64,000 nt of DNA from Octopus vulgaris (GCA_951406725.2 OX597834.1:20708001-20772000), one strand, 5' to 3'; positions 1 through 13,316 are shown, counted from the stretch's first letter. Notes: a model not told the origin generated them from the letters alone. Translations and numbers: made by a program.

Positions 1-364
1 TAACATAGCCATACACCCTCGTATGAGTTACAAATTCCTAGCTAATCAGTTAATGTAGAGAAATATATATTTTCCATTAGAAAATATGTTTTACGACAAC
101 CAGACTAATCTCATGAGGAAGACAAAAAAAATATAATAGTGTTGTTCTATATTCACTCTTAAACTTCCTGTTTTTGTATGTTTGTTCACTAATTGCTCTT
201 AAAAATTTATTTTTTATTTACATTTTGATTATATTTATTTGCTTGAAATTTCAATAAAGTAAACAGTTCTTCAGTGAGACATCATTGTTGCCACCTAAAA
301 ACTGTTGTTGTAGACCAAACACGATTTGCAGCGGTTCTGACTTGCTGGAATACATACATACACA

Positions 365-390
365 TATACATCTATTTATCTGTCTCTCTG

Positions 391-454
<64 letters not shown>

Positions 455-578
455 CCTATCTACCTATCTATTTATCTATCCCTATGTCTCTGCCTTTATC
501 AATCTATCTCTATCTGTCTACTTCTATCTTCCTCTCTCTATCTGTTTGCCTCTATCAATTTCTATCTGTCAACCTTTG

Positions 579-638
<60 letters not shown>

Positions 639-740
639 CCTATCTATTTATCTATCCCTATGTCTCTGCCTTTATCAATCTATCTCTATCTGTCTACTTC
701 TATCTTCCTCTCTCTAGCCTCTATCAATTTCTATCTGTCA

Positions 741-816
<76 letters not shown>

Positions 817-832
817 CACTATCTCTCTACCA

Positions 833-881
<49 letters not shown>

Positions 882-915
882 CCTACCTATTTATCTATCT
901 ATCTATCTCTCTATC

Positions 916-946
<31 letters not shown>

Positions 947-974
947 CTATCTACCTACCTACCTACCTACATAC

Positions 975-1032
<58 letters not shown>

Positions 1033-1056
1033 CTCTCTCTATCTATCTATTTATCT
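365..1056. repeat. (CTAT)n microsatellite with an internal ~176-bp duplication
   Basis: Long CTAT tract; the interrupting block ccctatgtctctgcctttatcaatc occurs at ~480 and ~656. Confidence 0.95.
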
Positions 1057-1174
1057 AATTGATTGCATCAATCCCAGTGTGCCACTGGTACTTAATTTAT
1101 CAACTCCAAATAGATGAAAAGCAAAGCCAGCATCCGTGGAATTTGAACTCAGAACATAAAGATTGATGAACCCC

Positions 1175-1352
1175 ACTGTCCAAAATTTCCCTGAAGCCCT
1201 TGGAACAAGTGCCCTCTCCAATTTCTTCTCTCTAACTCATAGATCTACACTTAGAGGGGTACCATCCACCCTTGCTATTTTCGCAACTTTCACCCACCTT
1301 TCAATAAATTCACTTGAGGACAGCACTTCCCTCTCCACACTCCATTTCCTTT
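1175..1352 (-). mobile_element. Probable 3' ORF2 fragment of an L1/Tx1-like LINE
   Basis: Minus-strand peptide KRKWSVEREVLSSSEFIERWVKVAKIARVDGTPLSVDL* resembles Tx1-type ORF2 C-termini (recognition from memory); 5'-truncated at an (ATT)n tract. Confidence 0.45.
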
Positions 1353-1404
1353 TAATAATAATAATAATAATAATAATAGTAATAATAACAATAATAATAA
1401 AAAT

Positions 1405-1658
1405 AATATAATTTTTCCTATATGTTCGTATAAATACGAAATTATGTTCATATAGATACAAACATAATTTCCGTATGGTTTTTTAGGCATTCACTAGTAC
1501 AACACTAAGTACAAAACCAAATATATGACACCCTAGGCATAACACCAACATGAACTTCCAGCTTGTTGTCTCTTGAGGTCTCTGGGTAAGACTTGGAGCC
1601 AGCTTGTGCAAATGTAAAGCAAAAGTCAAACATAGAATAATAATAATAATAATAATAA
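1405..1658 (+). mobile_element. Probable 3' UTR of an R4/Dong-like LINE in a (TAA)n tract
   Basis: Unique ~230 bp flanked by TAA repeats on both sides; gaggtctctgggtaagacttggagcc followed by an A-rich end parallels the 3' end of the REL element at 32125-32578. Confidence 0.45.
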
Positions 1659-1697
1659 TCCTTTCCATTATAGGTACCAGGCCTTAAATTATTAACA

Positions 1698-1750
<53 letters not shown>

Positions 1751-1756
1751 TATGAT

Positions 1757-2005
1757 AATCATCATCATCATCATCATCATCATCGTTTAACGTCCTTTTT
1801 CCATGCTAGCATGGGTTAGACAGTTCAACTGGGATCTGGGGAGCCAGGAGGCTGCACCAGGCTCCAGTCTGATCTGGCAGTGTTTCTACAGGTGGATGCC
1901 CTTCCTAATGCCAACCAAACCGTGAGTGTAGTTGGTGCTTTTTACATGCTACCGGCAGAGGTGCCAGGGGAGGCTGGCAATGGCCACGATCAGTTGGATC
2001 TTTTT
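1757..2005 (-). mobile_element. Family C SINE-like repeat with (GAT)n tail
   Basis: Reverse copy of ggttggcgttaggaagggcatccagctgtagaaac...catgctagcatggaaaa..gacgttaaacgatgat; homologous to 8060-8320 and 28175-28725. Confidence 0.85.
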
Positions 2006-2024
2006 AATGATGATGATGATGATG

Positions 2025-2063
<39 letters not shown>

Positions 2064-2670
2064 GTAACAAATCAATGCACAGAAACATCACACCGAAAAG
2101 AAATCCCACAGTCTACCACGACTTAAATGTTATACAATTTTGTAAATCTGACAACAGCAATTTTATCTGTTACACAAGTATTCCCATGCTCTGTTGTTGC
2201 CTAATGCTAAGCTCATGTCCAACATACAGTTATTAACTTCACTTCACTCTGATGATGAAGCCATGAAGTTGTTGAAATATTGATGGAGTAATGCACACAG
2301 GATCACTGTTGGTATCAAAATAAATTTTAAGACACAATATAAATAATATGGAAGATTTCTGATAAAAATAAAGAATAAATCGAAACCTGGACTCAGTCAT
2401 GTCTTTAATGTTTTGAAGAAAAACTACTTCAGTATTCTTGCATGTATATAGGTATATGGATATATGTATGCATATTCACTTCCTACACACATGCATATAC
2501 ATTCACACATGTATATGAAAACAAGTCTGTTTTCATTTGGGTTTTGTAATCTTCGTGACTTATTGATATTTATGTTGCGACTTTTTTGTTCGCATCAGCC
2601 AAAGCTACATGTGAGAAATCAGTGAGATGCATTGACTTGCATACAGACAGAAAAATCCACACACACTCAC

Positions 2671-2705
<35 letters not shown>

Positions 2706-2713
2706 CACACAAA

Positions 2714-2753
<40 letters not shown>

Positions 2754-2918
2754 TGCACACACACACACTCACACACAATCACTCACACACACGTACACAA
2801 ACACATGCACACAAATTTAAGTATCTATGATTGTATGTAAATATATACATAAATCTATTTAATATATATATTTGCATATATATACTTATATATATGTGTA
2901 TATATATATACATACATT

Positions 2919-2954
<36 letters not shown>

Positions 2955-3938
2955 GTATATATATATAGGTGTGTATATATATATATGTGTGTATATATAT
3001 ATATGTGTGTATATATATATATATGTGTGTGTATATATATATATACATATGTATGTATATATACATATGTGTGTGCATGTATGTATATATATATATATAT
3101 TGTGTGTATATATGTATGTATATACATGTGTGTGAATATATACTTATGTATATATGTATATCTATGTGTGTGTGTATGTATGTATGTGTGTATATATGTA
3201 TATACATATGTGTGAATATATACTTATGTATATATATGTATGTGTCTGTGTGTATGTATGTATGTATGTGTGCATATATATTTATATGTATGTTGTTTTC
3301 GCGTGCATGTCTGCGTCTACCTGACAACAGACAGATCAGCTAACAGCAGACAGCAACCCCCCCCCCCCCCCCCGCATCCACCCACCCCCTTCCTTCACCC
3401 CCGCCCCGCCCCCGCCAAAGAATGAGCAAATAAACGAATAAATTCACAAAAATATGCCTTTAGTACCTGACATGTCAGCATTCAATTCCAATATCTTACT
3501 TTGTTTTTTCAAGGTCTTTTTTTTTCCTCCTCTTCCATAAATTCTACAGCTTGGAATTATATTTTCCTTCCTTCTTTCATTTCTCCTTCGTTTCTTCCTT
3601 TCTTCCTTCTATCAACGACTTGTCATATTTCGAAGACAAGTCCTTGCTTATTTCCAAATTGTCTGTTGTTGTTGTTGTTCTTGTTAATTATTTTATGTAT
3701 TATCACTTATTTGGGGTGGGGTAGTCAGGGGTGACGTGAAGAATTTTTTTGGTCTTATGGTCGTTTAGGGGACATTTATGTTTTATTTTGTATTTTTGTT
3801 TCTTGTTTTCTTCTTTTTTGTTTTGTTTTTTTGCCTTCTGTGCCTCTGTCAGGCTTGCATTGTCTTTCATTTTAATTTCCTACTCACACACACACACATA
3901 TACATATGACTATCTATTATATATATATGCACACACAT

Positions 3939-4071
<133 letters not shown>

Positions 4072-4283
4072 GAGTGAGAGATTGCTTGCGTGTAAATTAT
4101 CTATCTACATATATATATATATATGACATGATATATATACATATATGTGTATGCATGTATCTGTATATAAATGTGTATGTATATATATATATATATATAT
4201 ATGTATGTACATATATATCTGTATATTTATCTACCTATATATATATATATATGTATGTATGTATATATATGTATATGTATGTA

Positions 4284-4345
<62 letters not shown>

Positions 4346-4487
4346 CATGTGTACACTCACACACACACACATATATGCATTCAGGTACATATATTTATAA
4401 TTTATTTGGTGTTAATTCTACAATCAAATTTCCTTTCTTCATGCTCCTTACTCTCTTCACCCCGCTCACCTTCCCTGGCCCCTATCC

Positions 4488-4519
<32 letters not shown>

Positions 4520-5236
4520 GCTATCCACCCCATTATATGTTGGCAGGGGTGGAGGGGGCCCCATTGTCATTGGCTTCGACATCACCTCCACATCACCCTC
4601 TCCCTGCTCTCTCTCTCTCTCTCTCTCTCTCATGCGCATCCCACTGCACAAAAACAAAAAACCCACCAAAAACAAACATAGCCTTCCAGCAAAATGGTGG
4701 GGACAGTGGAGGGGGGGCGAGTCTGGCTTCTTGTAAACTACTTTCTGGGTTTAGTTCTATTAATTTTTTGTATTTTATTTTATTTTTTGTGTTTTTTATG
4801 TGAGTGATTTTTTTCTTTTTATTCTGTTTAACAGTTCCAGGAATCATCTTCATGATAATACTCTATTAATAACACAATATGATATTATTTCTTCTTCTTC
4901 CCCACCCTTCCTCTCCCTCTTTCTCACTCTCTTTCCCTCTCCTTCTCTCTATCTCTCCTTCTCTCTCTTGCTCTTCTTTTTTCTTCTTAGAAATATCTAT
5001 TATCTAACTCCTGACTGTTCCCTCCGTGAGAACCTCTGGCAATATTTAATTATATTTGATTATTTGGTGTCTGTGGTAGTAGTAGTAGTAGTTGTAGTAG
5101 TAGTGGTGATGGTGGTGGTGGTAGTTGTAGTAGTATCATTAGTAGCAACTGTTGTTAGTTATTTGTTGTTGTTGCTGTTGAATTATTTCTTACAATCTAC
5201 ATGCACCCATATTGGAAACTGTGCACACATGCATGC

Positions 5237-5269
<33 letters not shown>

Positions 5270-5814
5270 TCCTATATACTTATAGTCATATACCTTCACA
5301 TATGTCTTTATATCCACATGTGTATGTGTGTGTGTGTATCTGAATGTATATATATATATATATACACACACACACATATATATATCTGTAGCTATATATA
5401 TATATATGTGAATGTGTGTGTGTGTAGGTGTGTATATATATATATGTCTGTATATGTACATATATGTATATATGTATATGTATAAATATGTATGCATGTG
5501 TATATATCTGTATCATGCATATATGCATACATACATATATATATAAATAGATATATATATATGCACACACACACACAAATATATCACCAATATAAATAAA
5601 CATTATATATATATATATAAATATATTTACACACACATACACCCCACTCAAAAATTAACTCACCGTTGTTCCTGTACACATCACGCCTCACAGTGTTTGG
5701 TTTTCTTTTTTCTGTTCCTTTTTCCGTTTCCTTTCAGCATCACCCTAATAAAAGCCACTCATCACCCAAAATGGTATTCCCTAATACACTACTTTTCTCC
5801 TTCAAGAAGCATCC

Positions 5815-6345
5815 ATCAACACCACCACCACCAACAACAACAACCACCACCACTCTCCAACCATGATATCATTACCCACCCATTTTTACCCTTTGTCACC
5901 ACCCAAAACTTCACTTGCCATCACTGCCACCATCACCACCACCTACACCACCATCACCCACCACCACCATAAACCACCACCCCAACCATCACCAACACAT
6001 CCTCGGCTACCTTCATCATCACTACCACCGCCACTACCATCAGCACCACTTCCATATTACAACCACCATCATCAACCATCACAACCATCACCAACACCAC
6101 CACAACCCCAAACACGACCACCAACACAACCCCCCCATGACCACCATCACCACTGCCAGCAACAACATCCACCACCACCATCAACTACCATCACCACCAC
6201 CATTGTCACTTCCACCACTACCATCACTAACACCACCAACATCACTAACACCACCACCATCACTAACACCAGAACAATCATCATCACCACCACCAACCAC
6301 CCTCACGATCACTACTACTCCCACCACCACCTGCCACCACCTGCT
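5815..6345. repeat. Degenerate (ACC/CAT)n low-complexity tract
   Basis: Direct reading; poly-H/P/T in all three frames. Confidence 0.9.
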
Positions 6346-6635
6346 CTCTGCCTCAGACTCATTAATACAATCACAGAATCGTAATAAACTAATTTTTGTT
6401 GATATCAACCAAATTACCCCACCTATTCCCCCCACCACCCGTATGAGAGAGGTGGTGTGGTGTTTTGTCTGGCAAGGTATGTTGTGTCAATCAATTGATA
6501 TCTTACCTGGTTTATTACACCTGAAGCATTCTTAGCATCGTCAGAATCTGAGTTTTATGGAATTTCTCTTTCATTTTTGCGTGATTCTTGTCGTGATCTG
6601 TGATTAAATGGATGTCTTTAGTTTTGTTAGCACAC

Positions 6636-6668
<33 letters not shown>

Positions 6669-7487
6669 CGTGCAGACAGGTAGACACATACCCAACATTT
6701 TACCTGCCATCACCATCACAACCACCTCCTCCTTCATAATCATCATCACCATCACCATCACACACACATGTAGAGACACAGCTGGATAAATTCTTCGTCT
6801 GTCTCTTTTGCACAGTGACACAGAGACACATACACACACATACATGTACAGACACCAGCTCTGTTTCATTCATATGGATAGACACACACACACACACTCA
6901 CTCTCTTACATACTTACTAAGCACACAGATATACACATGCATGCACACACACACGCATGCATGCACATACATGCATGTACACACACACACCAATGCATAT
7001 ACACTCAGTCTGTCTATTACACACATACACACACTGATACACATATATTAATGGAATAAGAAAACACCTGTTCTGTCTATTATAAACAAACAAACAGACA
7101 CACACACACACACAATCACAGACTCAAATACTGACAATCTCACACACATGTGCATATATACACTCATTCAGTCTGTTACATACGTACACATATTCACATA
7201 CTGACATACATACACACATATGCAGACATACTCAACAGACACTCACTTTTTCTGTAATGGACATGCACACACACACATTGAGACAAATACACTTACACAT
7301 AGACACCCAGACACCTATACACACACAGTGTATTTCATACAAATGATATGTCTCTTATATACACATACGCATTCACACACACACACATGCATGCACACAC
7401 ACACACACACATTCACTCTCGTACTCACATACATACCTACACACATCTACAAAGACATTTGCTTTCAAAGAATCTGATGACACTAAT

Positions 7488-7863
7488 ATGGCCATCACCA
7501 CTGTGATAGAAGTAGAAAAAGAAATATTTAGAATTCGGAAGAACGTCAAAGACACAATGAACTCAAATGAGGAATTTGATGCTAAACAGAAAGAAACAGC
7601 GCCAAAAACACAAATATCAGAAACTGACAAGTTACAAAAATATTTGAAGTGTTTTGGTTCCAAAGTTTCCAAAAACTAGTGCAAAGAACAAGACCGATGC
7701 CAATGATAAAAGATGTGATGCTAAAACCTGTAAGAAACATTCTTTGAAATCTAATATCAAAGATGACTCTGTTAATCTGGAAGAGGAAGAAAGTGGCTTT
7801 GGTTGCTTGTTTAATCCAATGGTGACCACTTCTCCTTCATTTGAGGATTTTTTTGATGGATGA
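7488..7863 (+). pseudogene. Coding-like segment with one frameshift (unidentified pseudogene fragment or exon)
   Basis: Overlapping ORFs 7488-7679 and 7654-7863 join into ~124 aa of non-repetitive, charged sequence if one A is removed from the run at 7671-7675; no homolog recognised. Confidence 0.3.
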
Positions 7864-8059
7864 CTGTACATTCAGATCGTTGATGTGTTTTCACACATAT
7901 TGAAGTGTTGGGTAGGAGGGATCAGAGGTTTAATTAAATGTATGTCCTTTTTTTATGACTTCTGCCAGTTATCCCCAGTGTGTTGCTATTCCATGACTTC
8001 ACACTTCATCAAATAGAGACTTTACCAAAGTGAACACTAGATAGCCGTACCTTCCCCCT

Positions 8060-8314
8060 TAGTGGTGTCCGTGTTGGTGACACGTAAAAGCACCAACCAA
8101 TCGTGGCCGTTTGCCAGCCTGCTCTGGCCCCTGTGCCGGTGGCATGTAAAAAACACCCGCTACACTCACAGAGTGGTTGGCGTTAGGAAGGGCATCCAGC
8201 TGTAGAAAACCTGCCAAATCAGACTAGAGCCTGGTGCAGCCTCCATGGCTTACCAGACCCCAGTCGAACCGCCCAACCCATGCTAGCATGGAAAATGGAC
8301 GTTAAATGATGATG

Positions 8315-8320
<6 letters not shown>
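8060..8320 (+). mobile_element. Family C SINE-like repeat
   Basis: ggttggcgttaggaagggcatccagctgtagaaaac core and (GAT)n tail. Confidence 0.85.
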
Positions 8321-8366
<46 letters not shown>

Positions 8367-9799
8367 ATCAGAACAAAACTGTAAGGTAATCTATATCAAG
8401 TTAACTACGCATGCGATGAGATCCATTTTTTTTTAAGAACGTATCTTTGTATGACTATGCATACAAATATATATATTTACACACACACACACACATAAAT
8501 TGATTGATGCACAACAGAATATGTTAACATTTTGGTAGCTGCCGTGTCAACAAGGTCATAGTTTCTCCCTCCAAATATACATCTCACATCTCACACATTC
8601 TACAACAACAGTTGGTCTGTCTTATATCTCCACAAACTGGAGATACAAAAGTACATCCGAACTCAAAATTGATTTTGGAATACAGACAGGATCTATGAAA
8701 AACCAGCTCAGAATTTGTTCTTGGGGAAAAAAAAAAATATTTCTTAGCCTTTTCTTTTTCGTATTTCCTTTGCTTCCTATTGTTTTTATTTTTAAAGTTT
8801 TTGGAAGCTTCTTAATACAGATTTTACCATTTTTTTTTTTTTATATTTGAACTTTGAAGTTGTATCGAAATTTTCTTTTATTGAATTGCTATTTTCCGTG
8901 TGAACCAGTGCAATTTTTAAAATAGAATTTAAATTAGAAATAGCACGTTAGAGGTAAGTTTTCTAAAATACATTGATAGAAAGCGATATACTTGTTACGT
9001 ACGTGTATATATGTGTGCATGTAACACTTGCATTATGCAAATTAGTAGCCCTCGCTTTCAATAGCATCTAGATTTATTGAGTACAGAAACAGATTGGCTG
9101 CTCATTTCTCTGAGATTGATTCAAATTGATGTAGACACCTCTGATGAGGCTCCAATAAGGTTCCAGAATCAATTAACCCATTGCCTGCCATGAACCCCAT
9201 TTGGGGATCTGCTAAAAACAGTCTCACTGCCCGTTGTTCGTTGTATTTAAATTGAATTGCTTATGTACGTTACACTTGCAGAGGTGTGTTTAACAATATT
9301 TAGTAATTAAAGTGCTTTAATAATGAAAAACGACATTTTATGTCACAAATCGCAGTTTTTGAACTACGAAGATATTGACTGTTTTGAAAACCTTTTTCTA
9401 TTTTTTTGCCTTTCCCATTTATATCATTCATTGATATTTCATACACATTCATATTTGATACTATAGTTTCAAAAAAACTAATATGTTTATTATTGCAATT
9501 GAACAGCAAAGGATAAATATGCTTTTTTTTTTTTTCAATAATCCCCATTTGGGACTTTTTGAAAAATTTATCATAATTTCCAAAATAATTCACACATGAA
9601 GAAAATTCAAATACTATATATTATTTTAACTCCCAAGACACCTGGCAATGCCAAAAAATATGAATTAAAAATTTGGTAGTTAATGGGGTTAAAGCTGCTT
9701 TTTACTTTTTCAATCTACAGAAGAATAGCTAAATTAACCCTATTTAAATATCTGCTCCATAGGTTATATACATATAACATTTTTTTCTCTTCTTGTTTT

Positions 9800-9937
9800 T
9801 TCTGTGTCCCTCTCTGTAGAAGAGCATAGGCTCGAAACGCAAAATACTTTTTTTGTTCCTGAGCATTATACTTATACATCTGTTTGTTTTGTACACCACC
9901 TGTCTTCGTCTTTTGTTTTTTTTTGTAAACTCTCCCT
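9800..9937 (+). mobile_element. Penelope-like pLTR relic with degenerate hammerhead-like core
   Basis: CTGTAGA-A-GAGC-ATAG-GCTC-GAAACG at 9814-9839 (stem II intact, core position A6 altered). Confidence 0.45.
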
Positions 9938-9946
9938 ATATATACA

Positions 9947-10240
9947 TATTAGGTGGGTACCTAAAAGAAACTGGACTGTTGCAATCTGATTTTATCCAGT
10001 TAGTTTTATATGTTTACACTTTTATTGCCTTCAAAGTATTCTCCATTTGAAGCAATGCATCTGTCCAGATGCGTTTTCCACTGTTCAAAGCAGACCCAGA
10101 GATCTTGTGAAGTGATGCCTTTTAACGCCTCCATCATTTTTTTTTCACATCTGCAAAATGTTTTCCTTTAAGGACTTGTTTCCTTTGTGGGAACAAAAGT
10201 CGCAAGGAGCAAGATCAGGTGAATAGGGAGTGGTTGAAAT
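9947..10240 (-). mobile_element. Mariner (DD34D) transposase 3' relic
   Basis: Minus strand gives PYSPDLAPCDF and LKGKHFADV..EALKGITSQDLWVCFEQWKTHLDRCIASNGEYFEG, the canonical mariner C-terminus; TIR-like end near 9950. Confidence 0.85.
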
Positions 10241-10824
10241 GCAAAATGGAGAGTTTATTTATGCAAGGATTGCTGATCACAAGCTCTATGTACAGGACGC
10301 CAGTGCATGTAGGGGTCATCAGGAAAAACGAGCATCATTTCAAGGCCTTCTTCCTCTTGGTGGATTTACACCACACCGCTCCCCCCACCATCACTGATTA
10401 GAGGATCCCCCTGACTTGTTTGACTGGTCAGTATTTGTGATTAGTATTTCATGTCCTTCATCTTGGTATCACCAGCACAATTCAACTTGTGGAGTCAAGC
10501 AGGTCTGACTTGCCACATGGGCAAACCAGTACATGTCTCAGATGTTTACATCACTTCTCCAACCAGGTTCCATTGTCTCTTTTTCAGCCATATTGGAGAA
10601 AGTGATTTGGCTGTTATTTCTAGCAATTATAACAGCCATTTAGTAACACCTTCATCAACTCATTTCAGATTTCAGTATTTACGTGTCAACATAAATATGT
10701 ATGTGTGTATATATGTATAAATATATATATATATGCACATACATGCATACATATATATATATATATATATATGCATAGATACATATATGTACACATATAA
10801 ACATATATATATATATATATGTGC

Positions 10825-10866
<42 letters not shown>

Positions 10867-11606
10867 ATGTATATTTTTATACATAGTGTTAAAACACTTC
10901 TCACTGCAAAAGTTTGTTTATATAACACAAAAATATCTACGCTCTTCTGGTGGTGTTTGTGGTGGAAAGACAAGGAAGGTGGGAAGAGAAACACAATGGA
11001 ATATTGAAAAATAATAGGAAATTTTCAACAGCAACAATAATAAGTTTTTGTTTTGTTTTTTGTTTTTTTTTCTCTCGAAAATAAATAAATAAATAAATCC
11101 CCAGAAAAACAGCACTTCCAAGTAGCTACAATTCAGCCAATAAATAATATATTTGTTGTTTTTTTTTTATTTCTTATGAAATTACTAAGAAGTATTTTCT
11201 TTTTTCCATTTATGGTTTTTTTTTTTATAAAAAAAAAGTGAAAAAAAAAAAAAAAAAAGAAAACAGAGACAGCGTGTTGTTAAGAAAAATTTAATTTATT
11301 TTCTTACGTCAATATTGCTTTCATTTCCAAAAGAGTTCTATTGATTTCCAAACATTATTTTGCATGTGAATGTGTATCTTTGGTTGTGTGTCTCTGAATG
11401 TGTGTGTGTGTATCTCTGCATGTATATGTGTATGTAAGTGTGTGTATGTATGTACGTATGTGTATGATTGTGTATGTTTGTATTCATGTGCACAACTATA
11501 TGTATGTGTTTCTTTTTATCTCTTGGTAAATCATTTATCATCATCATCATCATTATTATTATTATTATTGTTGTCATTATCATCACCATCATCATTATCA
11601 TTAGTA

Positions 11607-11646
<40 letters not shown>

Positions 11647-11959
11647 GATCAACACTTAGAAACATGATAAGCATGGTGATAATTTATATACAGAGAATTT
11701 CGAATTTAAACAGTTAATATTTTATTGAATAGATGTCAAATAATTTTCATTTCATTTTATTTTTTTATTTTTATTACATTTTTTGTTTTAATTTATTTTT
11801 TTATTTCTCAAATTTCTTTTTCACTATTTTAGCAGTTATACTTGTCAAAATGTGATAAAGCTTCATTTAAACAAATCAATACAACACCAGTCCATGGCTG
11901 AAGACAATTTCATTATTTTCATTTTTTGTTTTGTTTTTTGTTTTCTTTTTCTTTTCTTT

Positions 11960-12150
11960 TTTCACTTGTTTTTAGTAATTTCACTGTGGCCATGCTGGGG
12001 CACCACCTTGAAGGACTTTAGTCGAATGAAATGACCTCAGTACTTATTTTTAAGACTAATACTTATTCTATTGGTCTCTTCAGAAAAACCACTAAATCAC
12101 AGGGATGTAAACATACCAACACCGGTTTTCAAGAAGTGGGGTAGGGCAAA
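11960..12150 (-). mobile_element. Family A SINE, 3' half
   Basis: Reverse match to ggtgctccagcatggccgcagtcaaatgactgaaacaagt. Confidence 0.75.
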
Positions 12151-12214
12151 CACATATGCATACACATACACACTCACATGCACACACACTTACACACACA
12201 CATATATATATATA

Positions 12215-12337
12215 CCCCTTCCGGGGTCGATAAATTAAGTACCAGTTACGCACTGGGGTTGATGTAATCGACTTAATCCCTTTGTCTGTCCTTGTTTGTC
12301 CCCTCTATGTTTAGCCCCTTGTGGGCAGTAAAGAAAT
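12215..12337 (+). mobile_element. Family B SINE, 3' part (tail type 1)
   Basis: ggggtcgataaattaagtaccagttacgcactgggg...cccttgtgggcagtaaagaaata, near-identical to 24510-24628. Confidence 0.9.
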
Positions 12338-12362
12338 ATATATATATACAGATATATATATG

Positions 12363-13090
12363 TTAATAATTAAGGAGAACAGAGGTTTATATATCCAGGT
12401 TTTATTATTCAATTAATTACTTCTTTTCATGTCAGTACCTACATATGTTTCTGATGCAGGTCAGTGCATACTGCAAAGTTTGCATCATGGTGCACATTTT
12501 GGCATTGATTACTGACACCACTCCTTCAGGGTACTATTAAATGCCTTTCAGATTCCATTTGAACTAAATATTCAGTTCAAATGGCATCTGAAATGCAGTT
12601 AATAGTACCCTTAAGAACTGGCATCAGTAATTAACACTGAAATGCATATCACGATGTAAAATTTGCAGTGTGCACTGACTTGCAGCAGAAACATATGTAG
12701 GTACTGATATGGAGGCACATGGCCTAGTGGTTAGAGCAGTGGACTTGCGGTCTTGTAATCGTGGGTTTGAATCTCAGACCGGGTGATTGTGTGTTTATGA
12801 GCGAAAACACCTAAGCTCCACGCAGCTCCGGCAGAAAATAATGGCGAAACTTCTGCTGATTCTTTCACCACAACTTTCTCTCACTCTTTCCTCCTGCATC
12901 TTGCAGCTCACCTGCGACAGACTGGTGTCCCGTCCAGGTGGGGGAACTTATACGCCAAGAAACCGGGAAACCGGCCCTTATGAATCAGGCATAGCTCGAG
13001 AAGGAACAAACAACAAAAGGTACTAACATGAAGTAATTAAGGGACTAATAAACCCTGGATGTATAAATCTCTTTTTTCCTTAATTATTAA
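12363..13090. mobile_element. Inverted pair of Penelope-like pLTRs (long palindrome) interrupted by a SINE
   Basis: Left arm 12363-12566 is the reverse complement of 12573-12710 plus 13018-13090; each arm has a hammerhead-like layout followed by AATAAA. Confidence 0.7.
12711..13017 (+). mobile_element. tRNA-derived SINE with V-domain-like core (family V)
   Basis: A box tggcctagtgg, B box ggtttgaatct, cctgcgacagactggtgtcccgtccagg at 12911-12938, (AAC)n tail, imperfect TSD aggtactgatatg/aggtactaacatg. Confidence 0.85.
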
Positions 13091-13316
13091 TTTATTCATT
13101 CCTTATTTCTTCTCAACATGTAGTCTCCATAACAACATGTATTTGCCGATGTGAGGACCTTCTGAGGATATTAAAATAAACTAATTGGTATTTATCTACA
13201 CTCATTGAGGTTAGCCAGCATTATTAGCCGGTAAAAGTGAATATGGGACCCACAAGGATTATGTATCCCTATCAACATAATTTGGAAATTAACCTTTAAT
13301 AATACTCATATTATAT

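Noticed and set aside
5863-6535. His/Pro/Thr-rich ORFs
   Set aside because: Low-complexity ACC tract open in all frames
6500-6625. Minus-strand exon ending at cag|gtaaga
   Set aside because: Stops in all three frames; a non-coding exon cannot be supported from sequence alone
12711-12785. tRNA gene (likewise other A/B-box heads)
   Set aside because: Continues into a SINE body; no intact cloverleaf or terminator
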